This document shows, in pieces, positions 20,776 to 30,540 of a stretch of 64,000 nucleotides of DNA. The translations under genes and the position numbers were made by a program. Numbering within the stretch: the first letter of the stretch is position 1; each line of letters starts with the position of its first letter. Location: positions 36,815 to 100,814 of the forward strand of contig CAIJOB010000011.1 of assembly GCA_903822175.1 (NCBI GenBank), given 5' to 3'. Source of the DNA: an uncultured Alphaproteobacteria bacterium (GTDB lineage: Bacteria > Pseudomonadota > Alphaproteobacteria > Caulobacterales > Caulobacteraceae). The notes under the pieces were generated by a model. The model was not told the origin of the DNA. It worked only from the letters and a program-made list of their open reading frames with translations, and searched no databases.

Positions 20776-21405
20776 ATGCCGGTCAGCGCGAACTGCGGCG
20801 TGTTCATCAGCGCCTGGGAGGGGATCAAGGACGGCGACCCCAGCACGATGAACTACGACCCCTACATGGACCTCGTCGGCATCTGGACGATTGGCTATGG
20901 CCACGCCCTGACCGACCCGGCGACCGGTGCGCACCTCAGCGGCGCCAACAATCGCGCCAAGGCCTTCGCGCAATATCCGGGCGGCATCACCAAGGCGAGC
21001 GCCGTCGCCCTGCTGACGGCGGACATGGCCCGGTTCGAACCGGCCGTGAACGCGGTGATTTCGCCCGGCGCGCCGCAGAACCAGTACGACGCCCTGGTGT
21101 CGTTCGACTTCAATACCGGTCATCTGGCCGGATCCACGCTGGCGACGCTGCATCGCCAGGGGCTGGCCGCCGGACCCCTGCCGGCCGACGCTGACATCCA
21201 GGCGCTGGCGGGACAGGTCCGCGCCAAGGCGATCAAGACGCCGGCCTCGATCCGCGACGCCTTCGCCGTCTGGTCCTTCGCCAAGGGCGCGTTCGTCGGC
21301 GGTCTGTTCTGCCGGCGGTTGGCGGAGTTCGCTTTCTACAGCGGTCTCACGCCCGCCGACGCCAATACCTTCGGCGCCCGGGTGCGGGGGCTGATCGCCA
21401 AATAG
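20776..21405 (+). CDS. GH24 (phage-type) lysozyme family protein
   Basis: 209 aa. The N-terminus ISAWEG...DLVGIWTIGYGH carries the catalytic Glu/Asp/Thr arrangement, followed by YDALVSFDFNTG. A good Shine-Dalgarno sequence (GGGAGGGACGGAG) lies upstream. Confidence 0.85.
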   Translation: MPVSANCGVFISAWEGIKDGDPSTMNYDPYMDLVGIWTIGYGHALTDPATGAHLSGANNRAKAFAQYPGGITKASAVALLTADMARFEPAVNAVISPGAPQNQYDALVSFDFNTGHLAGSTLATLHRQGLAAGPLPADADIQALAGQVRAKAIKTPASIRDAFAVWSFAKGAFVGGLFCRRLAEFAFYSGLTPADANTFGARVRGLIAK

Positions 21406-21439
21406 GGCGCGGTTGCGGACTTCGGACGGGTCAGGGTAA

Positions 21440-22750
<1,311 letters not shown>

Positions 22751-22830
22751 GCCAAGCTTGACCGGCCGGCGCGGCCACCCATAGCTTGGCCATCGTCTCC
22801 GGCGAGAGCCCCGCAGCAAGGTCGACGCCG

Positions 22831-24060
22831 ATGTCCGACGACGTGATCTCAAGACCCCGGGTGCCGCGCGCGGCGGCCACGATTCTCGTCCTGTGCTTCG
22901 CCGCCGCGCTTTGCGAGGGCTTCGATGTGCAGATCGCTGGCGTTTCGGCGGCGGGAATCTCGCGGGAATTCCATCCTGGCCCTGGCGCTTTGGGCTGGTT
23001 CTTCAGCGCCGCCAACATCGGCCTGATGCTCGGCGCGATCGTTGGCGGACGGCTGTCGGATCGCATCGGCCGCAAGCGCGTGATGGTCGTTTCGCTGGCG
23101 GCCTTCGGCCTGTTCGCGCTGGCGACCTCTCTGGCTCCGGACATGCGGATCCTGACTCTCATGCGCCTGCTGACGGGCCTCGGCCTCGGCGGCTGCATGC
23201 CCGCCCTGTACGCCGCCACGGCCGGCGCGCGAGGCGGCTCGCCGCGCGGCGGCGACATCGCCACCACCTACATCGGCTTCCCGTTGGGTGGCACCATCGC
23301 CAGCCTGGTCGCCATCGTCCTGCCGGCCGACCATTGGCGGCAGCTCTTCCTGATCGGCGGGCTCGCGCCGCTGGCGGCCGCCACGGTCATGGCGATCTTC
23401 ATGCCGGCGGACCGTCCGCAGGCGGCGACACCCGCCGTCGGCGACAAGATGGGAACCCGGCGAGCCTTGGGTGAGCTGTTCGCCGGGCGGCTGGCGCAGA
23501 CCTTGACGCTGTGGCTCGGAATGTTTCTGGCCGTGCTCACCCTACATCTGATGCTCAATTGGCTGCCGCTACTGCTCCAGGGCCAGGGCCTGACAAAGAG
23601 CCAGGCCGCGCTGGCCCAGGTCGGTTTCAATATCGGCGGCTCGGCGGGCGCATTGCTTATCGGCAGGTTGCTGGACACCCGCGTGCGGCGACTGGCGGTC
23701 ATAGCAAACGTCGTGGCGCTGCCGCTGATCCTGCTGCTGTTGGCCCAGGTTCACGGCCCGGCGGCGGCGGCCGTGGCGATCCCGCTGGGCGGATTGGTCC
23801 TGGCCCTGCAGGTCGTGCTGTTCAGCATTGCGGGCGCGCTCTACCTGGAGCGGGTTCGCGGCACGGGACTGGGCGCGGCGGTGGGCGTCGGCCGTGTCGG
23901 CTCGATCACCGGTCCGGCCTTCGCCGCGGTCCTGTTGGCCAGCGGGGTGAGTTCCGTCCAGGTGCTGATCGGCCTGCTGCCGATCGTCATCGTCGCCGGG
24001 ATCTGCGCGTTGGCCCTGGCGTGGCGGGCGCCGGCGGGCCAAGTGTTAGCGACCCATTAA
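22831..24060 (+). CDS. MFS transporter (aromatic-acid/H+ symporter-like)
   Basis: ORF 22786..24060. 12-TM pattern with the GGRLSDRIGRKRV loop motif. ATG 22831 preferred over TTG 22786. Confidence 0.85.
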   Translation: MSDDVISRPRVPRAAATILVLCFAAALCEGFDVQIAGVSAAGISREFHPGPGALGWFFSAANIGLMLGAIVGGRLSDRIGRKRVMVVSLAAFGLFALATSLAPDMRILTLMRLLTGLGLGGCMPALYAATAGARGGSPRGGDIATTYIGFPLGGTIASLVAIVLPADHWRQLFLIGGLAPLAAATVMAIFMPADRPQAATPAVGDKMGTRRALGELFAGRLAQTLTLWLGMFLAVLTLHLMLNWLPLLLQGQGLTKSQAALAQVGFNIGGSAGALLIGRLLDTRVRRLAVIANVVALPLILLLLAQVHGPAAAAVAIPLGGLVLALQVVLFSIAGALYLERVRGTGLGAAVGVGRVGSITGPAFAAVLLASGVSSVQVLIGLLPIVIVAGICALALAWRAPAGQVLATH

Positions 24061-24073
24061 GCATGTCCGGGCG

Positions 24074-24400
24074 ATGGCTATCCCTCTGTCGCAGGGATTC
24101 GCTTTGCTCGCTCGCCTCCGCCCTTATCTGCCGACCGCAGTGCTGGTGCTGCTCATCGTCTATTTCGCGATGAATGCGTTTTCGGGCGACCGTGGCCTGC
24201 TCAGGTCCAATCAGCGCGACGAGACCCTGATCGCCAAGACCCGCGAACTCGCCCAGGTGGAGCGCCAGCGCCAGGACCTGGAGACCCGCGCCCGGCTGTT
24301 GCGCGACACCAGCCTTTCCGCCGACCTCCTGGAGGAAAGGGCGCGCTCCCTGCTAGGCTTCGCCGATCCGAGGGACTATGTGATTCACATGAAGCCTTAG
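24074..24400 (+). CDS. ftsB: FtsB/DivIC family septum-formation initiator
   Basis: 108 aa with one TM helix then a coiled coil. It lies immediately upstream of pdhA, as in other alphaproteobacteria. Confidence 0.8.
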   Translation: MAIPLSQGFALLARLRPYLPTAVLVLLIVYFAMNAFSGDRGLLRSNQRDETLIAKTRELAQVERQRQDLETRARLLRDTSLSADLLEERARSLLGFADPRDYVIHMKP

Positions 24401-24450
24401 GGCCCGCTCGCGGGTTCTAGAGGACTTATCGATGGATCACGGAGATACGC

Positions 24451-25491
24451 ATGGCGCGTGAGCAGACCGGCGCGGCCGGTCGGCGGAAAGCCAACGGCGC
24501 CGATACGCCCAAACAGACGGGCGGCGGCAAAGACGAGCTGCTGAAATACTATCGCGACATGCTGCTGATCCGCCGCTTCGAGGAGCGGGCGGGCCAGCTG
24601 TACGGCATGGGGCTGATCGGCGGCTTCTGCCACCTCTACATCGGCCAGGAAGCCATCGCGGTCGGCGTGCAAGCGGCGCAGAAGCCGGGCGACCAGGTGA
24701 TCACCGGCTACCGCGAGCACGGCCACATGCTGGCCTGTGGCATGGACCCCAAGGAAGTGATGGCCGAACTCACCGGCCGCGTCACGGGCTCGTCGCACGG
24801 CAAGGGCGGCTCGATGCACATGTTCTCGACCAAGGCGGCCTTCTACGGCGGCCACGGCATCGTCGGGGCCCAGGTGAGCCTGGGAACGGGTCTGGCGCTC
24901 GCCAACCGCTACCGCGACGACAAAAAGGTCTCCTTCACCTACTTCGGCGACGGCGCCGCGAACCAGGGCCAAGTCTACGAGAGCTTCAACATGGCCCAGC
25001 TCTGGGACCTGCCGGTCGTCTACGTGATCGAGAACAACCAGTACGCCATGGGCACTTCCATCGACCGCTCGTCGGCCGAGACCCATCTCTACAAGCGGGG
25101 CGCCTCGTTCCGCATCCCGGGCGAGGAGGTCGATGGGATGGACGTGCTGGCCGTGAAGGCCGCCGCCGAGAAGGCCGCCGCCCACGCCCGCTCCGGCAAA
25201 GGGCCCTACATCCTGGAAATGAAGACCTACCGCTACCGCGGCCACTCGATGAGCGATCCGGCCAAGTACCGCACCCGCGACGAGGTCGATGAGATCCGCA
25301 AGACCCGCGACCCGATCGACCACATCGAGGAACTGCTGGAAAAGAAGGGCTTTGCCGACGAAGCGACGCTCAAGGCCATCGACGCTGAGGTGAAGCGCGT
25401 CGTCGCCGACGCCGCGGAGTTTGCCCGGACCAGTCCTGAGCCGGATCCCAGCGAGCTCTATACGGACGTCTACACGCAGGTGCAGGCATGA
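24451..25491 (+). CDS. pdhA: pyruvate dehydrogenase E1 component, alpha subunit
   Basis: 346 aa with the TPP-binding pattern [10 protein letters not shown]...NN.YAMGT. Confidence 0.96.
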   Translation: MAREQTGAAGRRKANGADTPKQTGGGKDELLKYYRDMLLIRRFEERAGQLYGMGLIGGFCHLYIGQEAIAVGVQAAQKPGDQVITGYREHGHMLACGMDPKEVMAELTGRVTGSSHGKGGSMHMFSTKAAFYGGHGIVGAQVSLGTGLALANRYRDDKKVSFTYFGDGAANQGQVYESFNMAQLWDLPVVYVIENNQYAMGTSIDRSSAETHLYKRGASFRIPGEEVDGMDVLAVKAAAEKAAAHARSGKGPYILEMKTYRYRGHSMSDPAKYRTRDEVDEIRKTRDPIDHIEELLEKKGFADEATLKAIDAEVKRVVADAAEFARTSPEPDPSELYTDVYTQVQA

Positions 25492-26882
25492 CCGATGTAT
25501 TGATGCCGGCGCTCTCTCCCACCATGGAGGAGGGCACGCTCGCCAAGTGGCACGTGAAGGTCGGCGACAAGGTCCGCTCCGGCGACGTGATCGCCGAGAT
25601 CGAGACTGACAAGGCGACCATGGAGGTCGAGGCCGTCGACGAGGGTACCGTCGAGGCGCTGCTCGTCGCGGAAGGCGCCGAGGAGGTGAAGGTCAACACG
25701 CCGATCGCCCGGCTGTCCGGCGAAGACGGCGCGGCTTCCACAGCACCGACGGTCGAGCCACGCAAGGCTGAGGCGCCGATGGAAGACCCGCAACCGGCCT
25801 CGCGGGCCGAGGCGAAGGGCGATCCCGTGCGCGCGGCGGCCCCTGCCGCGGCGGCGCCTGCGACTGCGCTGAAGGATCCCGACCTGCCGGAAGGTGTGAA
25901 GCTGGTGAAGGTCACGGTCCGCGACGCGCTGCGCGACGCCATGGCAGAGGAGATGCGCCGCGATCCGGACGTCTTCCTGATGGGCGAGGAAGTCGCCCAG
26001 TACCAGGGCGCCTACAAGGTCAGCCGCGACCTGTTGCAGGAGTTCGGCGACAAGCGGGTCATCGATACCCCGATCACCGAATACGGCTTCGCCGGGCTGG
26101 GCACCGGGGCGGCGATGGCTGGGTTGAAGCCGATCGTCGAATTCATGACTTTCAATTTCGCCATGCAAGCCATTGATCATATTATCAATTCCGCCGCCAA
26201 GACGCTCTACATGTCCGGCGGGCAGATCAAGTGCTCGATCGTCTATCGTGGCCCCAATGGCGCCGCGGCCCGCGTCGGGGCGCAGCACAGCCAGGACTAT
26301 GCCGGCTGGTACGGCCATGTCCCCGGCCTGAAGGTCATCGCCCCCTACGACGCGGCCGACGCCAAGGGTCTCCTGAAGGCTGCGATCCGCGACCCGAACC
26401 CCGTAGTCTTCCTCGAAAACGAGATGCTCTACGGGACCGAGTTCGACGTTCCTGAGGGCATCGACTGGGTGGTTCCGATCGGCAAGGCCAAGGTCCGCCG
26501 CGAGGGAACCGGCGTCACGCTCGTCTCCTATTCGCGGATGGTCGGCTTCTGCCTGCAGGCCGCCGAGAAGCTCGCGGAGGAGGGGATCGACGCCGAGGTC
26601 ATCGACCTGCGCACCATTCGCCCGATGGACATCGACACCGTGGTGGCGAGCGTCAAGAAGACCAACCGCCTGGTGACGGTCGAGGAAGGCTGGGGTCCGA
26701 TGGGTGTCGGCGCCGAGGTCTGCGCCAAGGTCACCGAACTCGCCTTCGACTACCTCGACGCCCCGCCGGCCCGCGTACACCAGGAAGACGTGCCGCTGCC
26801 CTACGCCGCCAACCTGGAAGTGCTGTCGCTGCCCTCGGTCGACAAGATCGTCAAGGCGGCCAAGGCCGTGAGCTACAGATGA
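25488..26882 (+). CDS. pdhB: pyruvate dehydrogenase E1 component, beta subunit, with an N-terminal lipoyl domain
   Basis: 464 aa. Residues 1-80 form a lipoyl domain ([11 protein letters not shown]). An Ala/Pro linker follows, then the transketolase-like beta subunit. Confidence 0.96.
   Translation: MTDVLMPALSPTMEEGTLAKWHVKVGDKVRSGDVIAEIETDKATMEVEAVDEGTVEALLVAEGAEEVKVNTPIARLSGEDGAASTAPTVEPRKAEAPMEDPQPASRAEAKGDPVRAAAPAAAAPATALKDPDLPEGVKLVKVTVRDALRDAMAEEMRRDPDVFLMGEEVAQYQGAYKVSRDLLQEFGDKRVIDTPITEYGFAGLGTGAAMAGLKPIVEFMTFNFAMQAIDHIINSAAKTLYMSGGQIKCSIVYRGPNGAAARVGAQHSQDYAGWYGHVPGLKVIAPYDAADAKGLLKAAIRDPNPVVFLENEMLYGTEFDVPEGIDWVVPIGKAKVRREGTGVTLVSYSRMVGFCLQAAEKLAEEGIDAEVIDLRTIRPMDIDTVVASVKKTNRLVTVEEGWGPMGVGAEVCAKVTELAFDYLDAPPARVHQEDVPLPYAANLEVLSLPSVDKIVKAAKAVSYR
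25500..25727 (+). repeat. lipoyl-domain coding segment, copy 1 (paralogous to 27301..27528)
   Basis: Hand alignment of the encoded 76 aa with the pdhC copy gives 64 identical positions. The DNA is visibly similar over long runs (e.g. gcgctctct...atggaggagggcacgct.gccaagtggcacgtgaag). Confidence 0.85.
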
Positions 26883-27289
26883 GTTCGGACAGCCCGCTCA
26901 CCTGGCGCGCCGGCGGCTGCCATTGCGGCGGGGTCCGCTTCGAGGCGGCCCTGCCGGCCGTGGTCGAGGCGCAGAGCTGCAACTGCTCCATGTGCGGCAA
27001 GACCGGCTTCGTGCACATCATCGTGCCGGAGAGCCGCTTCCGCATCACCAAGGGCGCTGAGCGGCTGGCCGAGTACACGTTCAACACCCGGGTCGCGAAG
27101 CACCTGTTCTGCGCCGACTGCGGGATCAAGGGCTTCTACCGCCCGCGCTCCAATCCCGATGGCTGGAGCGTCAACGCCCGCTGCCTGGATGACACCGACG
27201 GCTTCGACCTGCGGATCGAGGCCTTCGATGGCCAGAACTGGGAAGCCAACGCCCACGGCCTCGCCCACCTCTCCAAGGAGCCCGCATGA
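26879..27289 (+). CDS. GFA (glutathione-dependent formaldehyde-activating enzyme)/CENP-V family zinc-thiol protein
   Basis: 136 aa with the Cys pattern [10 protein letters not shown] ... CNCSMC ... FCADCG. ATGA overlaps at both ends. Confidence 0.85.
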   Translation: MSSDSPLTWRAGGCHCGGVRFEAALPAVVEAQSCNCSMCGKTGFVHIIVPESRFRITKGAERLAEYTFNTRVAKHLFCADCGIKGFYRPRSNPDGWSVNARCLDDTDGFDLRIEAFDGQNWEANAHGLAHLSKEPA

Positions 27290-28644
27290 GCATCGACATC
27301 CTGATGCCCGCGCTCTCTCCGACGATGGAGGAGGGCACGCTGGCCAAGTGGCACGTGAAGAAGGGAGACACGGTCAAATCCGGCGACGTCATCGCCGAGA
27401 TCGAAACCGACAAGGCGACGATGGAAGTCGAGGCGGTCGACGAGGGCGTGATCGAGGACATCCTGGTCCCCGAAGGCACGGAGAACGTGAAGGTCAACGC
27501 CCCGATCGCCAAGTTGTCGGGGGAGGATGCGGGAGCGTCGCCGGCGCCAAAAACCTCACCCGAAGCGAAGGCTTCGGGGGAGGGGGACCGCGAAGCGGTG
27601 GAGGGGGCGCTGCCGCCCACCCAGAGCACGGCCCCAACGCCCCCTCCGTCACCTTCGGTGACACCTCCCCCGCAGGCGGGTGAGGTTTCTAAGCCGCAAG
27701 CCTCGGCGCCGAAGGGCGACGGCCAGCGGGTGTTCGCCTCGCCTCTGGCCCGCCGGATCGCGGAGCAGAAGGGTCTCGACCTCTCCAGCCTGACGGGCTC
27801 GGGGCCGCACGGGCGCATAGTCAAGGCGGACGTCGAGAACGCTCAACCGGGTCAGGCGAAGGCTCCCGCCACGGCTCCGGCCGGTCAGCCCTCAGCCGCG
27901 ACCACTGTCGCCCCGCGCCAAGTCCAGTCGCTGGAGCAGCAAGGCATTCCCGCGGGCAGCTACGACCTCATACCGCTGGACGGCATGCGCAAGACGGTCG
28001 CGCGGCGGATGACCGAAAGCTTCCGCGACGTGCCGCACTTCCCGCTGACGATCGACATTGAGCTCGACGCCCTGCTGGCGGCGCGGGCGAAGATCAACGC
28101 CATGCTGGAAAAGTCCGGCGGCAAGGTCAGCGTCAACGACATGGTGATCAAGGCCGCCGCCGTGGCCCTGATGCAGGTCAAGGAAGCCAACGCCTCCTAC
28201 ACGCCCGACGGCATCGCCATGCACCACCACGCCGACATCGCCATGGCAGTGGCCGTGCCGGGCGGCCTGATCACCCCGATCATCCGCGCCGCGGAGACCA
28301 AGGGCCTGGCCCAGATCGCCGCGGAGGCCAAGGACCTGGCCGAACGCGCCCGGACCAAGAAGCTGAAGCCCGAGGAATTCCAGGGCGGCACCTTCTCGAT
28401 CTCCAACCTTGGCATGTTCAGCATCAAGTCCTTCGCCTCGATCATCAACGAGCCGCAGGGGGCGATCCTGTCGGTCGGCGCGGGCGAGAAGCGGCCTGTG
28501 GTGCGTGGCGATCAGCTGGCGGTCGCCACTGTCATGACCGTGACGCTGACCTGCGATCACCGTGTGGTGGATGGCGCGATCGGCGCGCGATGGCTCGCCG
28601 CCTTCAAGCCCCTGATCGAAGACCCGATCACGATGATCGTCTGA
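27286..28644 (+). CDS. pdhC: dihydrolipoyllysine-residue acetyltransferase (PDH E2)
   Basis: 452 aa with a lipoyl domain, a Pro/Ser/Thr linker, a subunit-binding domain ([16 protein letters not shown]) and a catalytic domain with DHRVVDG. Confidence 0.96.
   Translation: MSIDILMPALSPTMEEGTLAKWHVKKGDTVKSGDVIAEIETDKATMEVEAVDEGVIEDILVPEGTENVKVNAPIAKLSGEDAGASPAPKTSPEAKASGEGDREAVEGALPPTQSTAPTPPPSPSVTPPPQAGEVSKPQASAPKGDGQRVFASPLARRIAEQKGLDLSSLTGSGPHGRIVKADVENAQPGQAKAPATAPAGQPSAATTVAPRQVQSLEQQGIPAGSYDLIPLDGMRKTVARRMTESFRDVPHFPLTIDIELDALLAARAKINAMLEKSGGKVSVNDMVIKAAAVALMQVKEANASYTPDGIAMHHHADIAMAVAVPGGLITPIIRAAETKGLAQIAAEAKDLAERARTKKLKPEEFQGGTFSISNLGMFSIKSFASIINEPQGAILSVGAGEKRPVVRGDQLAVATVMTVTLTCDHRVVDGAIGARWLAAFKPLIEDPITMIV
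27301..27528 (+). repeat. lipoyl-domain coding segment, copy 2 (paralogous to 25500..25727)
   Basis: See copy 1. Confidence 0.85.
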
Positions 28645-28658
28645 GAGGGCCTGACGCG

Positions 28659-29135
28659 ATGAGCATCTACGACTTCACCGCTGAGACTCTGGATGGCCAG
28701 CCGGCGCCGCTGTCGCAGTGGAAGGACAAGGTCGTCCTGATCGTCAACACGGCCAGCAAATGCGGCTTCACCCCGCAGTATGCGGGCCTGGAGGCGCTCT
28801 ACAAAAAGTACCAGGACCGGGGCCTGGTGGTGCTGGGTTTCCCCTGCAACCAGTTCGGCGCTCAAGAGCCAGGGAACGCAGAGGAGATCGCCAGCTTCTG
28901 CTCGCTGACCTTCGACGTGGACTTCCCGATGATGCGGAAGATCGACGTGAACGGGCCGACCGCGCACCCGCTCTACGCCTATCTGAAGAAGGCCAAGAAG
29001 GGCCTGCTCGGCTCCGAGGGCATCAAGTGGAACTTCACCAAATTCCTGATCGGCCGGAAGGGTGAGGTGGTCGGCCGCTATGCGCCCACCGACACGCCGC
29101 AGTCGCTGGAAGGCGCCATCGAGGCGCTGCTCTGA
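28659..29135 (+). CDS. glutathione peroxidase (Cys-type)
   Basis: ORF 28590..29135. Start set at ATG 28659 (MSIYDFTAETLDG). Motifs NTASKCGFTPQY, LGFPCNQF and WNFTKFL. Confidence 0.93.
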   Translation: MSIYDFTAETLDGQPAPLSQWKDKVVLIVNTASKCGFTPQYAGLEALYKKYQDRGLVVLGFPCNQFGAQEPGNAEEIASFCSLTFDVDFPMMRKIDVNGPTAHPLYAYLKKAKKGLLGSEGIKWNFTKFLIGRKGEVVGRYAPTDTPQSLEGAIEALL

Positions 29136-30526
29136 TGGCTGATAGCTTCGACCTGATCATCATCGGCTCCGGCCCCGGCGGTTATGTCACCGCCATCCGC
29201 GCCGCCCAGCTCGGCATGAAAGTCGCCATCGTTGAGCGTGAGTTGCTGGGCGGCATCTGCCTGAACTGGGGGTGCATCCCGACCAAGGCGCTGCTCAAGT
29301 CCGGCGAGGTCTACGAACAGCTCGACCACCTGGCCGACTACGGCCTGTCGGTGGAAAAGCGCGGCTTCGACTTCGACAAGGTGGTGCAGCGTTCGCGCAA
29401 GGTCTCGGCCCAACTCAACGCCGGCGTCACCTTCCTGATGAAGAAACACAAGGTCGAGGTGGTGATGGGCGCTGCCCGGCTCGAAAAAGGGCAGGGCGCG
29501 CCGACCGTCGTGGTCGGCGACCGCAAGCTGACGGCCAAGAACGTCATCATCGCCACCGGCGCGCGGGCGCGCACCATCCCGGCCATCGGCCTGGAGCCGG
29601 ACGGCGACCGCGTCTGGACCTACCGCGAGGCGCTTGTGCCCAAGTCGGCGCCGAAGAGCCTGATCGTCATCGGCTCCGGAGCCATCGGTCTGGAATTCGC
29701 CAGCTTCTTCCGGGCGCTGGGCTCGGACGTGACCGTGATCGAGGCCCTGCCGCGCATCCTGCCGGTGGAGGACGAGGAGGTCTCCAAGGCCGCCCACAAG
29801 GCCTTCGAAAAGCGCGGCCTCAAGTTCCGCGTGCCCGCCAACGTCAAGAAGCTGACCAAGACCAAATCCGGCGTCGCCGTCGAGATCGAGGTGGGTGGCA
29901 AGGCCGAGACCCTGGAGGCCGACGTGGCCATTGTCGCGGTCGGCATCGTCGGCAATGTCGAAGACCTGGGGCTGGAGGCGCTGGGCGTGAAGGTCGAAAA
30001 GACTCACATCGTCACCGACAAGCACGGCGCGACCGGCGTGCCGGGCCTCTACGCCATCGGCGACGTCGCCGGCCCGCCCTGGCTCGCCCACAAGGCCAGC
30101 CACGAGGGCGTCCACTGCGTCGAGCACATCGCCGGCCTCAAGCCCACCAACGTCGAGTCGCCGATCCCTGGCTGCACCTACACGACGCCGCAGATCGCCT
30201 CAGTCGGCCTGACCGAGGCCCAGGCCAAGGAACAGGGCCGCGAACCCAAGGTCGGCCGCTTCCCGTTCCGCGTGAACGGCAAGGCCATCGCGTCCGGCGA
30301 ACTCGACGGCTTCGTGAAGACCGTGTTCGACGGCAAGACCGGGGCCCTGATCGGTGCGCACATGATCGGCGCCGAGGTCACCGAAATGATCCAGGGCTAC
30401 GTCATCGCCATGACCTGCGAGGCCACCGAGGCCGAACTGCAGGGCGCGGTCTTCCCGCACCCGACCATGAGCGAGGCCATGCACGAAGCCTCCCTCGACG
30501 CCTACGGGATGGTCCTGCACATCTGA
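29135..30526 (+). CDS. lpdA: dihydrolipoyl dehydrogenase (E3)
   Basis: 463 aa with GSGPGGY, the redox-active GGICLNWGCIPTK and C-terminal HPTMSE. Confidence 0.97.
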   Translation: MADSFDLIIIGSGPGGYVTAIRAAQLGMKVAIVERELLGGICLNWGCIPTKALLKSGEVYEQLDHLADYGLSVEKRGFDFDKVVQRSRKVSAQLNAGVTFLMKKHKVEVVMGAARLEKGQGAPTVVVGDRKLTAKNVIIATGARARTIPAIGLEPDGDRVWTYREALVPKSAPKSLIVIGSGAIGLEFASFFRALGSDVTVIEALPRILPVEDEEVSKAAHKAFEKRGLKFRVPANVKKLTKTKSGVAVEIEVGGKAETLEADVAIVAVGIVGNVEDLGLEALGVKVEKTHIVTDKHGATGVPGLYAIGDVAGPPWLAHKASHEGVHCVEHIAGLKPTNVESPIPGCTYTTPQIASVGLTEAQAKEQGREPKVGRFPFRVNGKAIASGELDGFVKTVFDGKTGALIGAHMIGAEVTEMIQGYVIAMTCEATEAELQGAVFPHPTMSEAMHEASLDAYGMVLHI

Positions 30527-30540
30527 GCCGCGCGGCTTAG
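30523..30540. terminator. short GC hairpin/palindrome that contains both convergent stop codons (possible bidirectional terminator or RNA 3'-end element)
   Basis: CTGAGCCGCGCGGCTTAG. The perfect 12-nt palindrome AGCCGCGCGGCT (30526-30537) is bounded by the lpdA TGA and the TAA of the minus-strand gene. No U-tract on either side. Confidence 0.3.
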
